Positions 36,138-44,271 of a stretch of DNA of 58,198 nucleotides are shown one piece after another. The notes under the pieces were generated by a model. The model was not told where the DNA came from, ran no database searches, and saw only the letters and a program-made list of their open reading frames with translations. Position 1 is the first letter of the stretch. Every line of letters begins with the position of its first letter. Where the stretch lies: assembly GCA_018715835.1 (NCBI GenBank), contig DVKV01000094.1, forward strand, positions 1 through 58,198, given 5' to 3'. Made by a program: the position numbers and the translations under genes. The DNA comes from Candidatus Faecousia intestinavium (GTDB lineage Bacteria; Bacillota; Clostridia; Oscillospirales; Oscillospiraceae).

Positions 36138-37280
36138 TCACGGGCGGGCCGCCTCCGCCCGGTATTTTTCCGCCTGAGCGCCATACAGTTCCGCCTGGGC
36201 CTGCTGGGTAATGTCCTGGAGGCTGATGTCATCCCAGAGAAGTTCCACCCGGTTGTCCAGCCCTTCCAGGGCAAGGAATGTCTGGCAGATCTTCCGCATG
36301 GCCGGCTCCACCGTCCGACGCAGAGCCCACAGCTCGCTGGTCAGCAGATCCGCCTGCTGGGTGCTCATCCGCTCGGTGGTGCTCCAGCTCAGCCCCAGCA
36401 GGAAGGGAGGCAGGCCGGTTTTGGCCACCAGCTGTTCCAGAATCTGCCGCACCGGCACCTCGGAGTCCAGGATGGGAGCCTCCCCGCCGATCACCTTGAT
36501 TTCCACATCTCCCACGGCTACAAAGTCCCGGACGGTGCCGTTTTTCCCGTCCTCCATGGCCTTGGCCCACTGCTCCGCCACTGCTTTGCCCCGCTCCTGG
36601 GCGGCCGTCGGGTCCAGATTCTCAGCGCCCTTGCAGATTACGCTGTAGCGGATGTTTCCCGCCCGCTCCCAGTTGGTGCCAATGGTGTTGTAGATTTTCA
36701 GCAAAATATCCGCCAGGAAGGGCATTCCCCGGAACATACTGACCCCGTAGGGGTGGGCCGGTTCCGGATGCATGGTGGTAAACAGCAGCAGATGCTGGTA
36801 CGGCAGGGGCCGCATCAGGCCGAACCGGTCCCGCCCCCACAGCACCACATCCAGGGAGTCGTTTCCCTCCTCCACTTCCAGAGCCGTCACGTCCCCCCAG
36901 CATACCGCCCGGAGCTTACCGCCCACCACAACCAGTTCTCCCACCGCCCGGCCATAGATCAGCAGGCTGTCCAGATAACCGCTGAGGAAACTTTCAATGC
37001 CCATCTGTCCCCGACCGCAGGGCATCATCTCCAGGAAGGCATTCAGCTTCTCCTGGGCCTGGGGATTGCGGCATTTCACCTCAAATCCGCCGCACAGCCG
37101 GACCATCTTCCCCACCGCCGCATCCAGCACCGGCAGGGCTTCCCGCATTTCCCGGTAGATCCGCTCCTCTCCGCCGCCCAGGGGGGTGAAGCCCCGCATG
37201 GCCCCGAAGGGATGGATGCTGCCCCCCCGAAGCTGGCAGGCCGCCGCCACCGGGGAGGTCTTGTCCTTTTTTCGTTTCAA
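36138..37280 (-). CDS. Phage portal protein
   Basis: 380 aa between TerL and the protease; LLIYGRAVGE, PYGVS and GLPPFLLG motifs; TTG start at 37280. Confidence 0.8.
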   Translation of the reverse strand: MKRKKDKTSPVAAACQLRGGSIHPFGAMRGFTPLGGGEERIYREMREALPVLDAAVGKMVRLCGGFEVKCRNPQAQEKLNAFLEMMPCGRGQMGIESFLSGYLDSLLIYGRAVGELVVVGGKLRAVCWGDVTALEVEEGNDSLDVVLWGRDRFGLMRPLPYQHLLLFTTMHPEPAHPYGVSMFRGMPFLADILLKIYNTIGTNWERAGNIRYSVICKGAENLDPTAAQERGKAVAEQWAKAMEDGKNGTVRDFVAVGDVEIKVIGGEAPILDSEVPVRQILEQLVAKTGLPPFLLGLSWSTTERMSTQQADLLTSELWALRRTVEPAMRKICQTFLALEGLDNRVELLWDDISLQDITQQAQAELYGAQAEKYRAEAARP

Positions 37281-37296
37281 TCCGCCACATCCTTTC

Positions 37297-38547
37297 TCAG
37301 TTTTTTCGTTCCACGATGCAGGCGGCAAAGCCGCTGCGCTGCCGGCCCAGCACCGTGGCTGTAAAATAGCGCATATCGTCCATGGCATGGTCGTGTTCCT
37401 TCCGGACCCGGTCGCCCCTGCCCTCCCGCAGGTCCCAGACATAGCACTCCATTTCCCGCAGGCAGTCCTCACATCCCTGGCAAATCACTATTTTTCCGGA
37501 TTTCAGGCAGTCGGAGGTAAGCCGGATGCCGCTGAGAACGTCGTTGTTGGCCTTCTGCACCCGCCAGCCCTGCTGCCGGAGCAGTTCCAGAAAGCTGGCT
37601 GCAGAGGGGTCCACAATCACGGCGGTGATCTCCCGTCCCCCGGCCAGCTTTTCCAGTTCCCGGGCATATTCCCCGTCGGTCATTTGGCGCATCTGCACCC
37701 GGGAATCGAAGTAGAATTCCTTTACCCGGTACCACACCCCGCCGGAGCGCCCCCACAGACCCATGGACATGGGATTCACCGTGCCGTAGTCGCAGGAAAT
37801 GTACCACTTGTCGCAGTGTTCCGGGGCGATGCCCACCATCTCCTGGGTGAAGAAGTCGTACACCCGGCCTTCGGCCTGGACCCACTGGCCCAGAATGTAG
37901 CGCTGGAAGAACACCCCGGTATACATCCGTTGGTATCGCTCCCGGATGGCGGGAGTCAGGGAGGGATTGTCCTCCATGGTAAAATGGAGCCGGAGGCAGT
38001 TGCGCTTTTCCGCCTCCACAATCCAGGTTTTGTAGAACCAGTGATTGGGCCCGGCGGGATTGCAGTTGAACCACAGCCGGCTCCCGGCCACGGAGCACCG
38101 GGCGCAGGCCTGGTCCACAAAGCTTCTGGGCATCAGCGCCGCCTCATCCAGCAGCACCCCGGCAAAGGTGATGCCCTGAATCAGCGCCGCCGAGCTTTCG
38201 TCCCGCCCGCCGAACAGATAGAATTGATTTTCCCGGTCCTGAAACCGGACGGTGAGCAGGTTCTCAGATTTTTTCTCCTGCCAGGTCATCCCCAGCTCCG
38301 TCAGCCGGGGCAGCAGCTCCGAGAGCACATTCCGGCGCAGGGAGGCAATGGTCTTTCCGCACAATCCGAAGCGCTGATTCTGAAAGCAGAGCATGGCCCA
38401 CAGCAGAAAACTCAGTCCCATGGCCATGGTCTTTCCCGAGCGAACCGCCCCGTCGCAGACAATGGCGTCCTTTCCCGCGTCCGGCCCCCCCGGCATCCAC
38501 CAGGTCAGCACCCGCCGCTGTTTGGGAGAAAACCGGGGGGTATTCAT
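37297..38547 (-). CDS. Terminase large subunit (PBSX/Terminase_3-like)
   Basis: Adenine-binding SPKQ, Walker A GAVRSGKT, Walker B VLLDEA, coupling CNP, nuclease DYG, VDPSA and DHAMDDMRY. Confidence 0.95.
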   Translation of the reverse strand: MNTPRFSPKQRRVLTWWMPGGPDAGKDAIVCDGAVRSGKTMAMGLSFLLWAMLCFQNQRFGLCGKTIASLRRNVLSELLPRLTELGMTWQEKKSENLLTVRFQDRENQFYLFGGRDESSAALIQGITFAGVLLDEAALMPRSFVDQACARCSVAGSRLWFNCNPAGPNHWFYKTWIVEAEKRNCLRLHFTMEDNPSLTPAIRERYQRMYTGVFFQRYILGQWVQAEGRVYDFFTQEMVGIAPEHCDKWYISCDYGTVNPMSMGLWGRSGGVWYRVKEFYFDSRVQMRQMTDGEYARELEKLAGGREITAVIVDPSAASFLELLRQQGWRVQKANNDVLSGIRLTSDCLKSGKIVICQGCEDCLREMECYVWDLREGRGDRVRKEHDHAMDDMRYFTATVLGRQRSGFAACIVERKN

Positions 38548-38861
38548 GCCGGGTCCTCCGGTTTCAGGGCCTGCAAAAAGGTTTCCAGCCCCTGTTTTTC
38601 CTCCCCGGCCAGCATGGACAGCAGTTCCAGCGTCCGAAGCCGATCCACCAGCTTGATTTCCACCGTCCCTTTCTCGTTGCGTTTGATTTCGCTGAGCAAG
38701 CCCAGGTCCAGTCCCGCCGGGTCCGGGACCTCCTCCAGCACCAGTCGGACACAGTCGTTGGCCTGACCGAAAGCCAGTTCCGCCAGCCGCCGCACCACAT
38801 CCCGCCGCCGGATCTCCCCGGAGGCGATTCTCTGCTTCAGCGGTTTTTCCTTACCGTGCAT
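38544..38861 (-). CDS. Terminase small subunit, oligomerisation core only
   Basis: 105 aa immediately upstream of and overlapping terL; VVRRLAELAF...EIKLVDRLRTLELL resembles the Terminase_2 core; no N-terminal HTH. Confidence 0.7.
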   Translation of the reverse strand: MHGKEKPLKQRIASGEIRRRDVVRRLAELAFGQANDCVRLVLEEVPDPAGLDLGLLSEIKRNEKGTVEIKLVDRLRTLELLSMLAGEEKQGLETFLQALKPEDPA

Positions 38862-38899
38862 ATTACCCTTCCTTTCACCCGTACCTTCAGAAAAGAGCA

Positions 38900-38923
38900 A
38901 AGTTGCCGTCAAACGTGCAACTT
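38900..38923. promoter_or_regulatory. Inverted repeat, putative operator upstream of terS
   Basis: AAGTTGC-N10-GCAACTT between the upstream terminator and the terS RBS. Confidence 0.45.
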
Positions 38924-38927
38924 GGGC

Positions 38928-38963
38928 AAAAAAATTTGAGGAAGCGGATTTCCGCTTCCTCAA
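38928..38963 (-). terminator. Intrinsic terminator insulating the phage-like operon from upstream genes
   Basis: Minus strand TTGAGGAAGCGG-AAAT-CCGCTTCCTCAA-A-T7. Confidence 0.85.
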
Positions 38964-39827
38964 TCAGAAGATGTTTTCTATTTTTTGGACACCGGCGGCC
39001 ACCTGCTCCATTCCAAGCGGTCCCAGGGCCTGTTCCAGCAGAGGGATTTCCGTCCGGCTCCCGTGGGGCACCGCCCAAGCCCCGGCATCGGTTCCGGGAG
39101 CCAGCAGGCCGCCCAGACCCGCAAACCGGTATACGTTTTCCATAGCACTCTCCAGGATTTCTTCCACCGCCGCCTCCCGGAACCGTCCCGTTCCCCGGAG
39201 ATTGCCAATGGTGGACAAGGTGGGCACCCAGACGGCCCCGGCCTCCTGCATGGCCTGCAGGGCATCCATGTCCAGATAGGCCCCATGCTCTACGGAGTCC
39301 ACCCCCGCCCGGGCTGCGGCCTCCACCGTCCGGGCCCCGTTGGCATGGGCCATCACCGGGAAGCCCTCCTCATGGGCAATGTGAATCAGCTCCCGGATCT
39401 CCTCCGGCGGCAGCCCTTCCTCGGTGAGGACCCCGGCCTGGTCAAAGTCCATCAGCCCGGAGATCATGATCTTGATAAAGTCCGCCCCCTGTTCCCGGGC
39501 CTTTTCCACCAGGGAAGCGTATTCCCGGAGATTTTCAAACCGGGTTCCGATGAATCCTCCGTAGTGTCCGGCCTTACACAACGGGGAAAGGGGGGTCCGG
39601 TACCGGATGCCGTACTGGGGTGCCAGTTCTCTGGCCCGTTTTCCCACGCCCCACCGGTCTCCCCCGTCCCGCAGGTAGGTAAATCCCAGCTGCCGGTAGT
39701 GTTCCAGCGTCCGGCAAATCCAGCCTTCCTCCGGTTTCCGGGTGTGCCGGGCAATGGCACTTTTCCAGTCCTGGCCGTCCAGGACCATGTGAATGTGGCA
39801 GTCACAGCTGCAAATTTCCGATTTCAT
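38964..39827 (-). CDS. Amidohydrolase family protein (Xaa-Pro dipeptidase-like)
   Basis: DCHIH, RDGG, GADFIK, MAHANG, SVEHG and GTDAG...PHG motifs. Confidence 0.85.
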   Translation of the reverse strand: MKSEICSCDCHIHMVLDGQDWKSAIARHTRKPEEGWICRTLEHYRQLGFTYLRDGGDRWGVGKRARELAPQYGIRYRTPLSPLCKAGHYGGFIGTRFENLREYASLVEKAREQGADFIKIMISGLMDFDQAGVLTEEGLPPEEIRELIHIAHEEGFPVMAHANGARTVEAAARAGVDSVEHGAYLDMDALQAMQEAGAVWVPTLSTIGNLRGTGRFREAAVEEILESAMENVYRFAGLGGLLAPGTDAGAWAVPHGSRTEIPLLEQALGPLGMEQVAAGVQKIENIF

Positions 39828-39831
39828 AATC

Positions 39832-42108
39832 TCACTTCTTGTACAGCATCCGAATGGAATTGAGGACGCACAGCATGGCCACGCCGGAATCGGCAAACAC
39901 CGCCAGCCACATGGAGGCAAAGCCCCGCAGTCCCAGATACATGACCACCAGCTTCACCGCCAGGGCAAAGATCACATTCTGCCAGGCAATGGTGCCGGTA
40001 TTCTTGGCGATTTCCAGTGCCTGGGGAATGGCCTCCACATCGGAGGTCATGAACACCACATCCGCCGCTTCGATGGCCGCATCCGCACCGCTGCCCATGG
40101 CGGCGCCCACATCGGCTCCCGCCAGCACCGGCGCATCGTTGATACCGTCGCCCACGAACAGTACCGCACCCCGCTGCTCCCGAATTTTCTGAAGCCGCTC
40201 CAGCTTCTGCTGGGGAAGCAAACCGGCAAACACCTGCCGGATTCCTGCCGCACCGGCCACCGCTCTGGCTGAAACTTCCGAGTCTCCGGTGAGCATCACC
40301 GTCTCCAGGCCCTGATCCCGGAGCTTCCGCACCGCAGGCTCCGCCCCGGGTTTCAGGGTGTCGTCAATCACCAGATAACCCAGATACTGTTTCTCCGCCG
40401 CCACCAACACCACCGTGCCGGGGGCCTCATTCCGAGGAAAGACCACACCGGCTTCCTCCAGCAGCCGGGCATTGCCGCAGAGGATTTCCTCTCCGTCCAG
40501 TACGGCCCGGATGCCCATACCCGGCAGCTCTTCCAGAGATTCCGGTGTCCGCAGTTCCAGGTTCCGGCTGTTGGCTGCCGCCACAATGCTGGCTGCAATG
40601 GGATGGGTGGACTGCTGCTCACAGCTGGCGCACAGCTCCAGCAGCTTTTCCGGTCCCTCCACCTTCTGCACCTGGAAGTTGCCCTTGGTGATGGTACCGG
40701 TTTTGTCCACAATCACGGTTTTGACCTTGGTCAGGGCTTCCATGGACTGTCCGCCCTTGAAAAGGATGCCCTTTTTGCTGCCTGCTCCGATTCCGGCGAA
40801 GAAAGCCAGGGGCACGCTGAGCACCAGGGCACAGGGGCAGCTCATTACCAGGAAGGTCAGAGCGGTGTACACCCAGTAGCCCCAGTTCCCCGTCACCAGG
40901 GAGGGAACAATGGCGGTTGCCAGAGCCGCCGCTACCACCACCGGGGTATAAATCCGGGCAAACCGGGTGATAAACCGGTCCATTTTGGGTTTGCTGGCGG
41001 CAGCGTTTTCCACGCTGTCCAGAATCCGGGTGACCATGGACTCCGCCAGAGGCTTCTCCACCCGGATGGTCAGCTGACCCTGGGTGTTGACGCAGCCGGA
41101 AATCACGCTGTCTCCCGGCCCCACCCCCACCGGCACCGGCTCTCCGGTGATGGGGGCGGTGTCAATCCGGCTGGTGCCGCTGACCACCTGGCCGTCCAGG
41201 GGAATCCGGTCTCCCGGACGGACCAGCACCAGATCTCCCACCTGGGCCTGTTCTGCGGGAATTTCCCGGACGTCCTGGCCCTCAATCCAGTGCACCACCT
41301 CAGGCCGCAGGTCCACTGCTTCCATAATCTGGCTGCGGCTGCGCTCCACCGCCTTGTGTTCAAAGAACTCTCCCACCCGGTAGAACAGCATCACGCCCAC
41401 CGCCTCCGGGTATTCTCCAATGATGAAAGCGCCGATGGTGGCAACGGACATCAAGAAGTTTTCATCGAAAACATGCCCCCGCACCAGATTCTTTACCGCG
41501 GTGGTCACAACCTCCCGGCCCAGCACCACATAGGCCAGCAGGCTCACCAGCAGGGCGCTCCATCCCAGGCCGGTCTGTCTCAGCACCAGCCCCAGTACAA
41601 ACAGTCCCCCGCCCAGGGCCAGTTCCAGCACCTCCCGGTCTTTGACCTGATGAACATGGCCGTCCTGATGATCTTCCGTGTGCTCCTTCTGATGGTGGGA
41701 ACAGCCGCAGTTTTCCCCATGATCATGATGATGACCACAGCCGCACTCTTCCCCATGGTCATGATGGTGGCCGCAGCCACAGTCTTCCCCGTGGTCATGA
41801 TGTTGACCGCACCCGCATCTTTCCTCATGATCACGATGGTGACCGCACCCGCACTCCGTTTTGGGGGTGCCTCCTCCATCTCTGACATCCTTTCTGGGGG
41901 AAATCACCACCCCCGGCTCAATGCTCCGGGCAATCTGGGTCAGTTCCCCGATCAGGCTGTCCGGGTCTTCCGCCGTCAGCCGGAGCTGCCCGGTAGCAAA
42001 GGTAATCACGGCCTCCTCCACGTGAGGATGGCTGTTGAATTTGGTTTCTATTTTCGCCGCACAGTTGGCGCAATCCAGATTCTCAATGGTATAGACCTTC
42101 TTTGTCAT
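39832..42108 (-). CDS. cadA: Heavy-metal (Zn/Cd) P1B-type ATPase with HMA domain and His/Cys-rich repeats
   Basis: DCANC, TGE, SCPC, DKTGT, HP, TGD and GDGINDAP motifs. Confidence 0.92.
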   Translation of the reverse strand: MTKKVYTIENLDCANCAAKIETKFNSHPHVEEAVITFATGQLRLTAEDPDSLIGELTQIARSIEPGVVISPRKDVRDGGGTPKTECGCGHHRDHEERCGCGQHHDHGEDCGCGHHHDHGEECGCGHHHDHGENCGCSHHQKEHTEDHQDGHVHQVKDREVLELALGGGLFVLGLVLRQTGLGWSALLVSLLAYVVLGREVVTTAVKNLVRGHVFDENFLMSVATIGAFIIGEYPEAVGVMLFYRVGEFFEHKAVERSRSQIMEAVDLRPEVVHWIEGQDVREIPAEQAQVGDLVLVRPGDRIPLDGQVVSGTSRIDTAPITGEPVPVGVGPGDSVISGCVNTQGQLTIRVEKPLAESMVTRILDSVENAAASKPKMDRFITRFARIYTPVVVAAALATAIVPSLVTGNWGYWVYTALTFLVMSCPCALVLSVPLAFFAGIGAGSKKGILFKGGQSMEALTKVKTVIVDKTGTITKGNFQVQKVEGPEKLLELCASCEQQSTHPIAASIVAAANSRNLELRTPESLEELPGMGIRAVLDGEEILCGNARLLEEAGVVFPRNEAPGTVVLVAAEKQYLGYLVIDDTLKPGAEPAVRKLRDQGLETVMLTGDSEVSARAVAGAAGIRQVFAGLLPQQKLERLQKIREQRGAVLFVGDGINDAPVLAGADVGAAMGSGADAAIEAADVVFMTSDVEAIPQALEIAKNTGTIAWQNVIFALAVKLVVMYLGLRGFASMWLAVFADSGVAMLCVLNSIRMLYKK
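41693..41856 (-). repeat. About five tandem 36-nt repeats encoding (E)CGCGHHHDHGE
   Basis: ECGCGHHRDHEE, RCGCGQHHDHGE, DCGCGHHHDHGE, ECGCGHHHDHGE, NCGCSHH. Confidence 0.9.
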
Positions 42109-42134
42109 ACCTGGTCCTCCCTGTGTTTTGTTTT

Positions 42135-42195
42135 AACATATGAGCAAACGTTCATCTGTCAGAATCAGTATACCCTTCCAATCGGAGTTTGTCAA
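42135..42195 (-). promoter_or_regulatory. sigmaA promoter plus ArsR/SmtB (CzrA-type) operator of cadA
   Basis: Minus strand TTGACA-N17-TATACT (42195-42167); imperfect IR AACATATGAGCAAACGTTCATCTGTC at 42135-42160. Confidence 0.75.
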
Positions 42196-42266
42196 GCCCA
42201 ATCCGCTTTTTCCCGGCAAGAAACATAAAATTTCCCGGAGCACGGTTTACGTGCTCCGGGAAGGGA

Positions 42267-43637
42267 TTATTGTTCCTGGAACAGGGGCAGGATTTTTTTC
42301 CGGAAAATCCGGCGGAAGAAGAACAGGGTTGCAGCGCCGCTGACCACCTCCGCAATGGGATAAGCCAGCCACACGTTATTCACCTCTCCGGTCAGGCTCA
42401 GCAGGTAAGCCGCCGGCAGCAGCACCAGCATCTGCCGGCACAGGGAGATAATGGTAGAGTAGCTGCCGTTGCCCAGGGCCTGGAAACTGGCACTCAGGGC
42501 AATGCACACCGCCGCAATGGGGAAGCTCCAGCTGATAATCCGCAGCGCGGAGCGTCCGATTGCCAGGAAAGTATCGCCGGGGTTAAACAGGGCCAGCAGC
42601 AGATCCGGCGCAAACTGGAACACCAGCAGTCCCGTCACCATCAGCGCCAAAGCGCCGCCGCAGGTGATCTTCAGGGTATGGGTAATCCGCTTGGGTTTCC
42701 GGGCACCGTAGTTATAAGCGATGACGGAAATGGCGGCGTTGTTGATGCCGAACAGGGGCATGAAGAAGAAGCTCTGGAGCTTGAAGTAGATGCCGAACAC
42801 GCTGGTGGCGGTTTCGGTAAAGCCCTGGAGAATCTGGTTCATACCGAAGTTCATCACCGAGCCGATGCCGTTCATCACAATGGAAGGGAAGCCCACGGTC
42901 ATGATGCTGGCCACGGTCCGCTTCTCCAGCTTGAGATACTTCTTGCCGAACTGAACTTCCGGATTGTGTTTATGATTGAAGTACAGGGTCAGCAGTGCGC
43001 CCACGCACTGGCCGATCACCGTTGCCGCAGCGGCGCCGGCCACGCCCATCTTGGGCAGCCCCAGCCATCCGAAAATCAGGATGGGGTCCAGAACAATGTT
43101 GATAATGGCACCAGTGCTCTGGGAAATCATGGTGTAGATCGTCCGGCCGGTGGACTGGAGCAGCCGCTCGCCCAGAATCTGCATAAAGACACCAATGGTC
43201 ACAATGCAGCAGATCCGGGTGTAGGCAATGCCGCCTTCCACAGTTTCGGCGACGGTGGACTGCATTTCATAGTAAGGCCGGACGCCGAAAATACCGAAGA
43301 GCATAAACGCCACCGTGACAATCAGCATCAGTACGATGCCGTTGCCAGCCGCCCGGTTGGCTTCCTCCTGGTCTTTCTGGCCCAAGCTTTTGCTCAGCAG
43401 GGAGTTCACACCCACGCCGATGCCGGTGGCAAAGCCGATCTGCATATTCTGCACCGGGAATGCCAGGGACAGTGCCGTCACGGCGCTTTCCGAAATCTGC
43501 GCAACATAGATACTGTCCACCACATTATAAAGCGCCTGTACCAGCATGGAGATGATCATGGGCAATGCCATATTGACCATCAGTTTTCCTACCGGCATCA
43601 CACCCATTTTGTTTTCCTGCAAGGTATTGGTACCCAT
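42267..43637 (-). CDS. MATE family efflux transporter
   Basis: ENKMGVMP, QALYNVVDS, NIVLDPILIFG and GVAGAAAAT motifs. Confidence 0.92.
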   Translation of the reverse strand: MGTNTLQENKMGVMPVGKLMVNMALPMIISMLVQALYNVVDSIYVAQISESAVTALSLAFPVQNMQIGFATGIGVGVNSLLSKSLGQKDQEEANRAAGNGIVLMLIVTVAFMLFGIFGVRPYYEMQSTVAETVEGGIAYTRICCIVTIGVFMQILGERLLQSTGRTIYTMISQSTGAIINIVLDPILIFGWLGLPKMGVAGAAAATVIGQCVGALLTLYFNHKHNPEVQFGKKYLKLEKRTVASIMTVGFPSIVMNGIGSVMNFGMNQILQGFTETATSVFGIYFKLQSFFFMPLFGINNAAISVIAYNYGARKPKRITHTLKITCGGALALMVTGLLVFQFAPDLLLALFNPGDTFLAIGRSALRIISWSFPIAAVCIALSASFQALGNGSYSTIISLCRQMLVLLPAAYLLSLTGEVNNVWLAYPIAEVVSGAATLFFFRRIFRKKILPLFQEQ

Positions 43638-43760
43638 AGTATCCTCCTAAATCTAATCTTTTCCGATCCATTATAAAGAAAAGAAAAGGACATTTCAAGT
43701 CTTTTTCCATTTTTCCCGAAAAACCGCCGCAGCCTGAGCTGCGGCGGTATCAGCCTGGAA

Positions 43761-44168
43761 TTACAGGTACTTTTTCAGTGCCTCAGGTGCGGTGGACGGG
43801 TCAGCGGAGATGGTCATGGTGATTTCCATGGCGTTGTTATCGGCGAACTTGGCGCACCACTCCACAAAGTCCACGGCGGCATCGGTGTCGCTGCCGATGG
43901 TCTTGTACAAGTTGTCAATGAAAACGTTGGTAATATCAAAGTTGCCAGCGTGCATACCGCTGAGGAAACCCTTCAGCATCTCGGGGGAGCAAATGCCGTA
44001 CTCCTGGGAATCCACCAGGCGAACCTTATAAGTAACGTCGTAGGTCAGCTTTCTGCCATACTCAATGCACACCACATCGCCGTTGGCCTCTGCCACAGCC
44101 TCGTGGATGGCGTCGATCAGCTTCTTCGTCTTGCCGGAGCCCTTCAGGCCCATAATAACATGAATCAT
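43761..44168 (-). CDS. Conserved small P-loop NTPase-like protein of unknown function
   Basis: GLKGSGKTK Walker A; GNFDITNVFIDN. Confidence 0.75.
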   Translation of the reverse strand: MIHVIMGLKGSGKTKKLIDAIHEAVAEANGDVVCIEYGRKLTYDVTYKVRLVDSQEYGICSPEMLKGFLSGMHAGNFDITNVFIDNLYKTIGSDTDAAVDFVEWCAKFADNNAMEITMTISADPSTAPEALKKYL

Positions 44169-44271
44169 CGGATAGTCCTCCTTTGCTTGCCAGAATAATG
44201 GCTTATGGACATTCTACCAGCAAACGTATATTTTTGCAACTACTAATTTGTGAATCTTTCTGCCCAAAGCC

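Larger units (their letters stand above)
32397..38861 (-). other. Compact phage-derived head/DNA-packaging operon (candidate GTA-like domesticated element)
   Basis: Nine co-oriented, closely spaced intact ORFs in canonical order TerS-TerL-portal-protease-capsid-neck; no integrase, replication or lysis genes; terminators on both sides. Confidence 0.85.

Noticed and set aside
36121-36162. Possible internal sigmaE promoter (CATAGAT) before the protease gene
   Set aside because: No matching -35 at the required spacing; only a GC hairpin at the end of the portal gene.
32397-38861. Complete inducible prophage or PICI/satellite
   Set aside because: No integrase, att repeats, repressor, primase/replicase or lysis genes; both flanks are host genes behind terminators.
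41693-41856. CRISPR-like array from the 36-nt periodicity
   Set aside because: In-frame coding repeats without unique spacers; no cas genes in the window.
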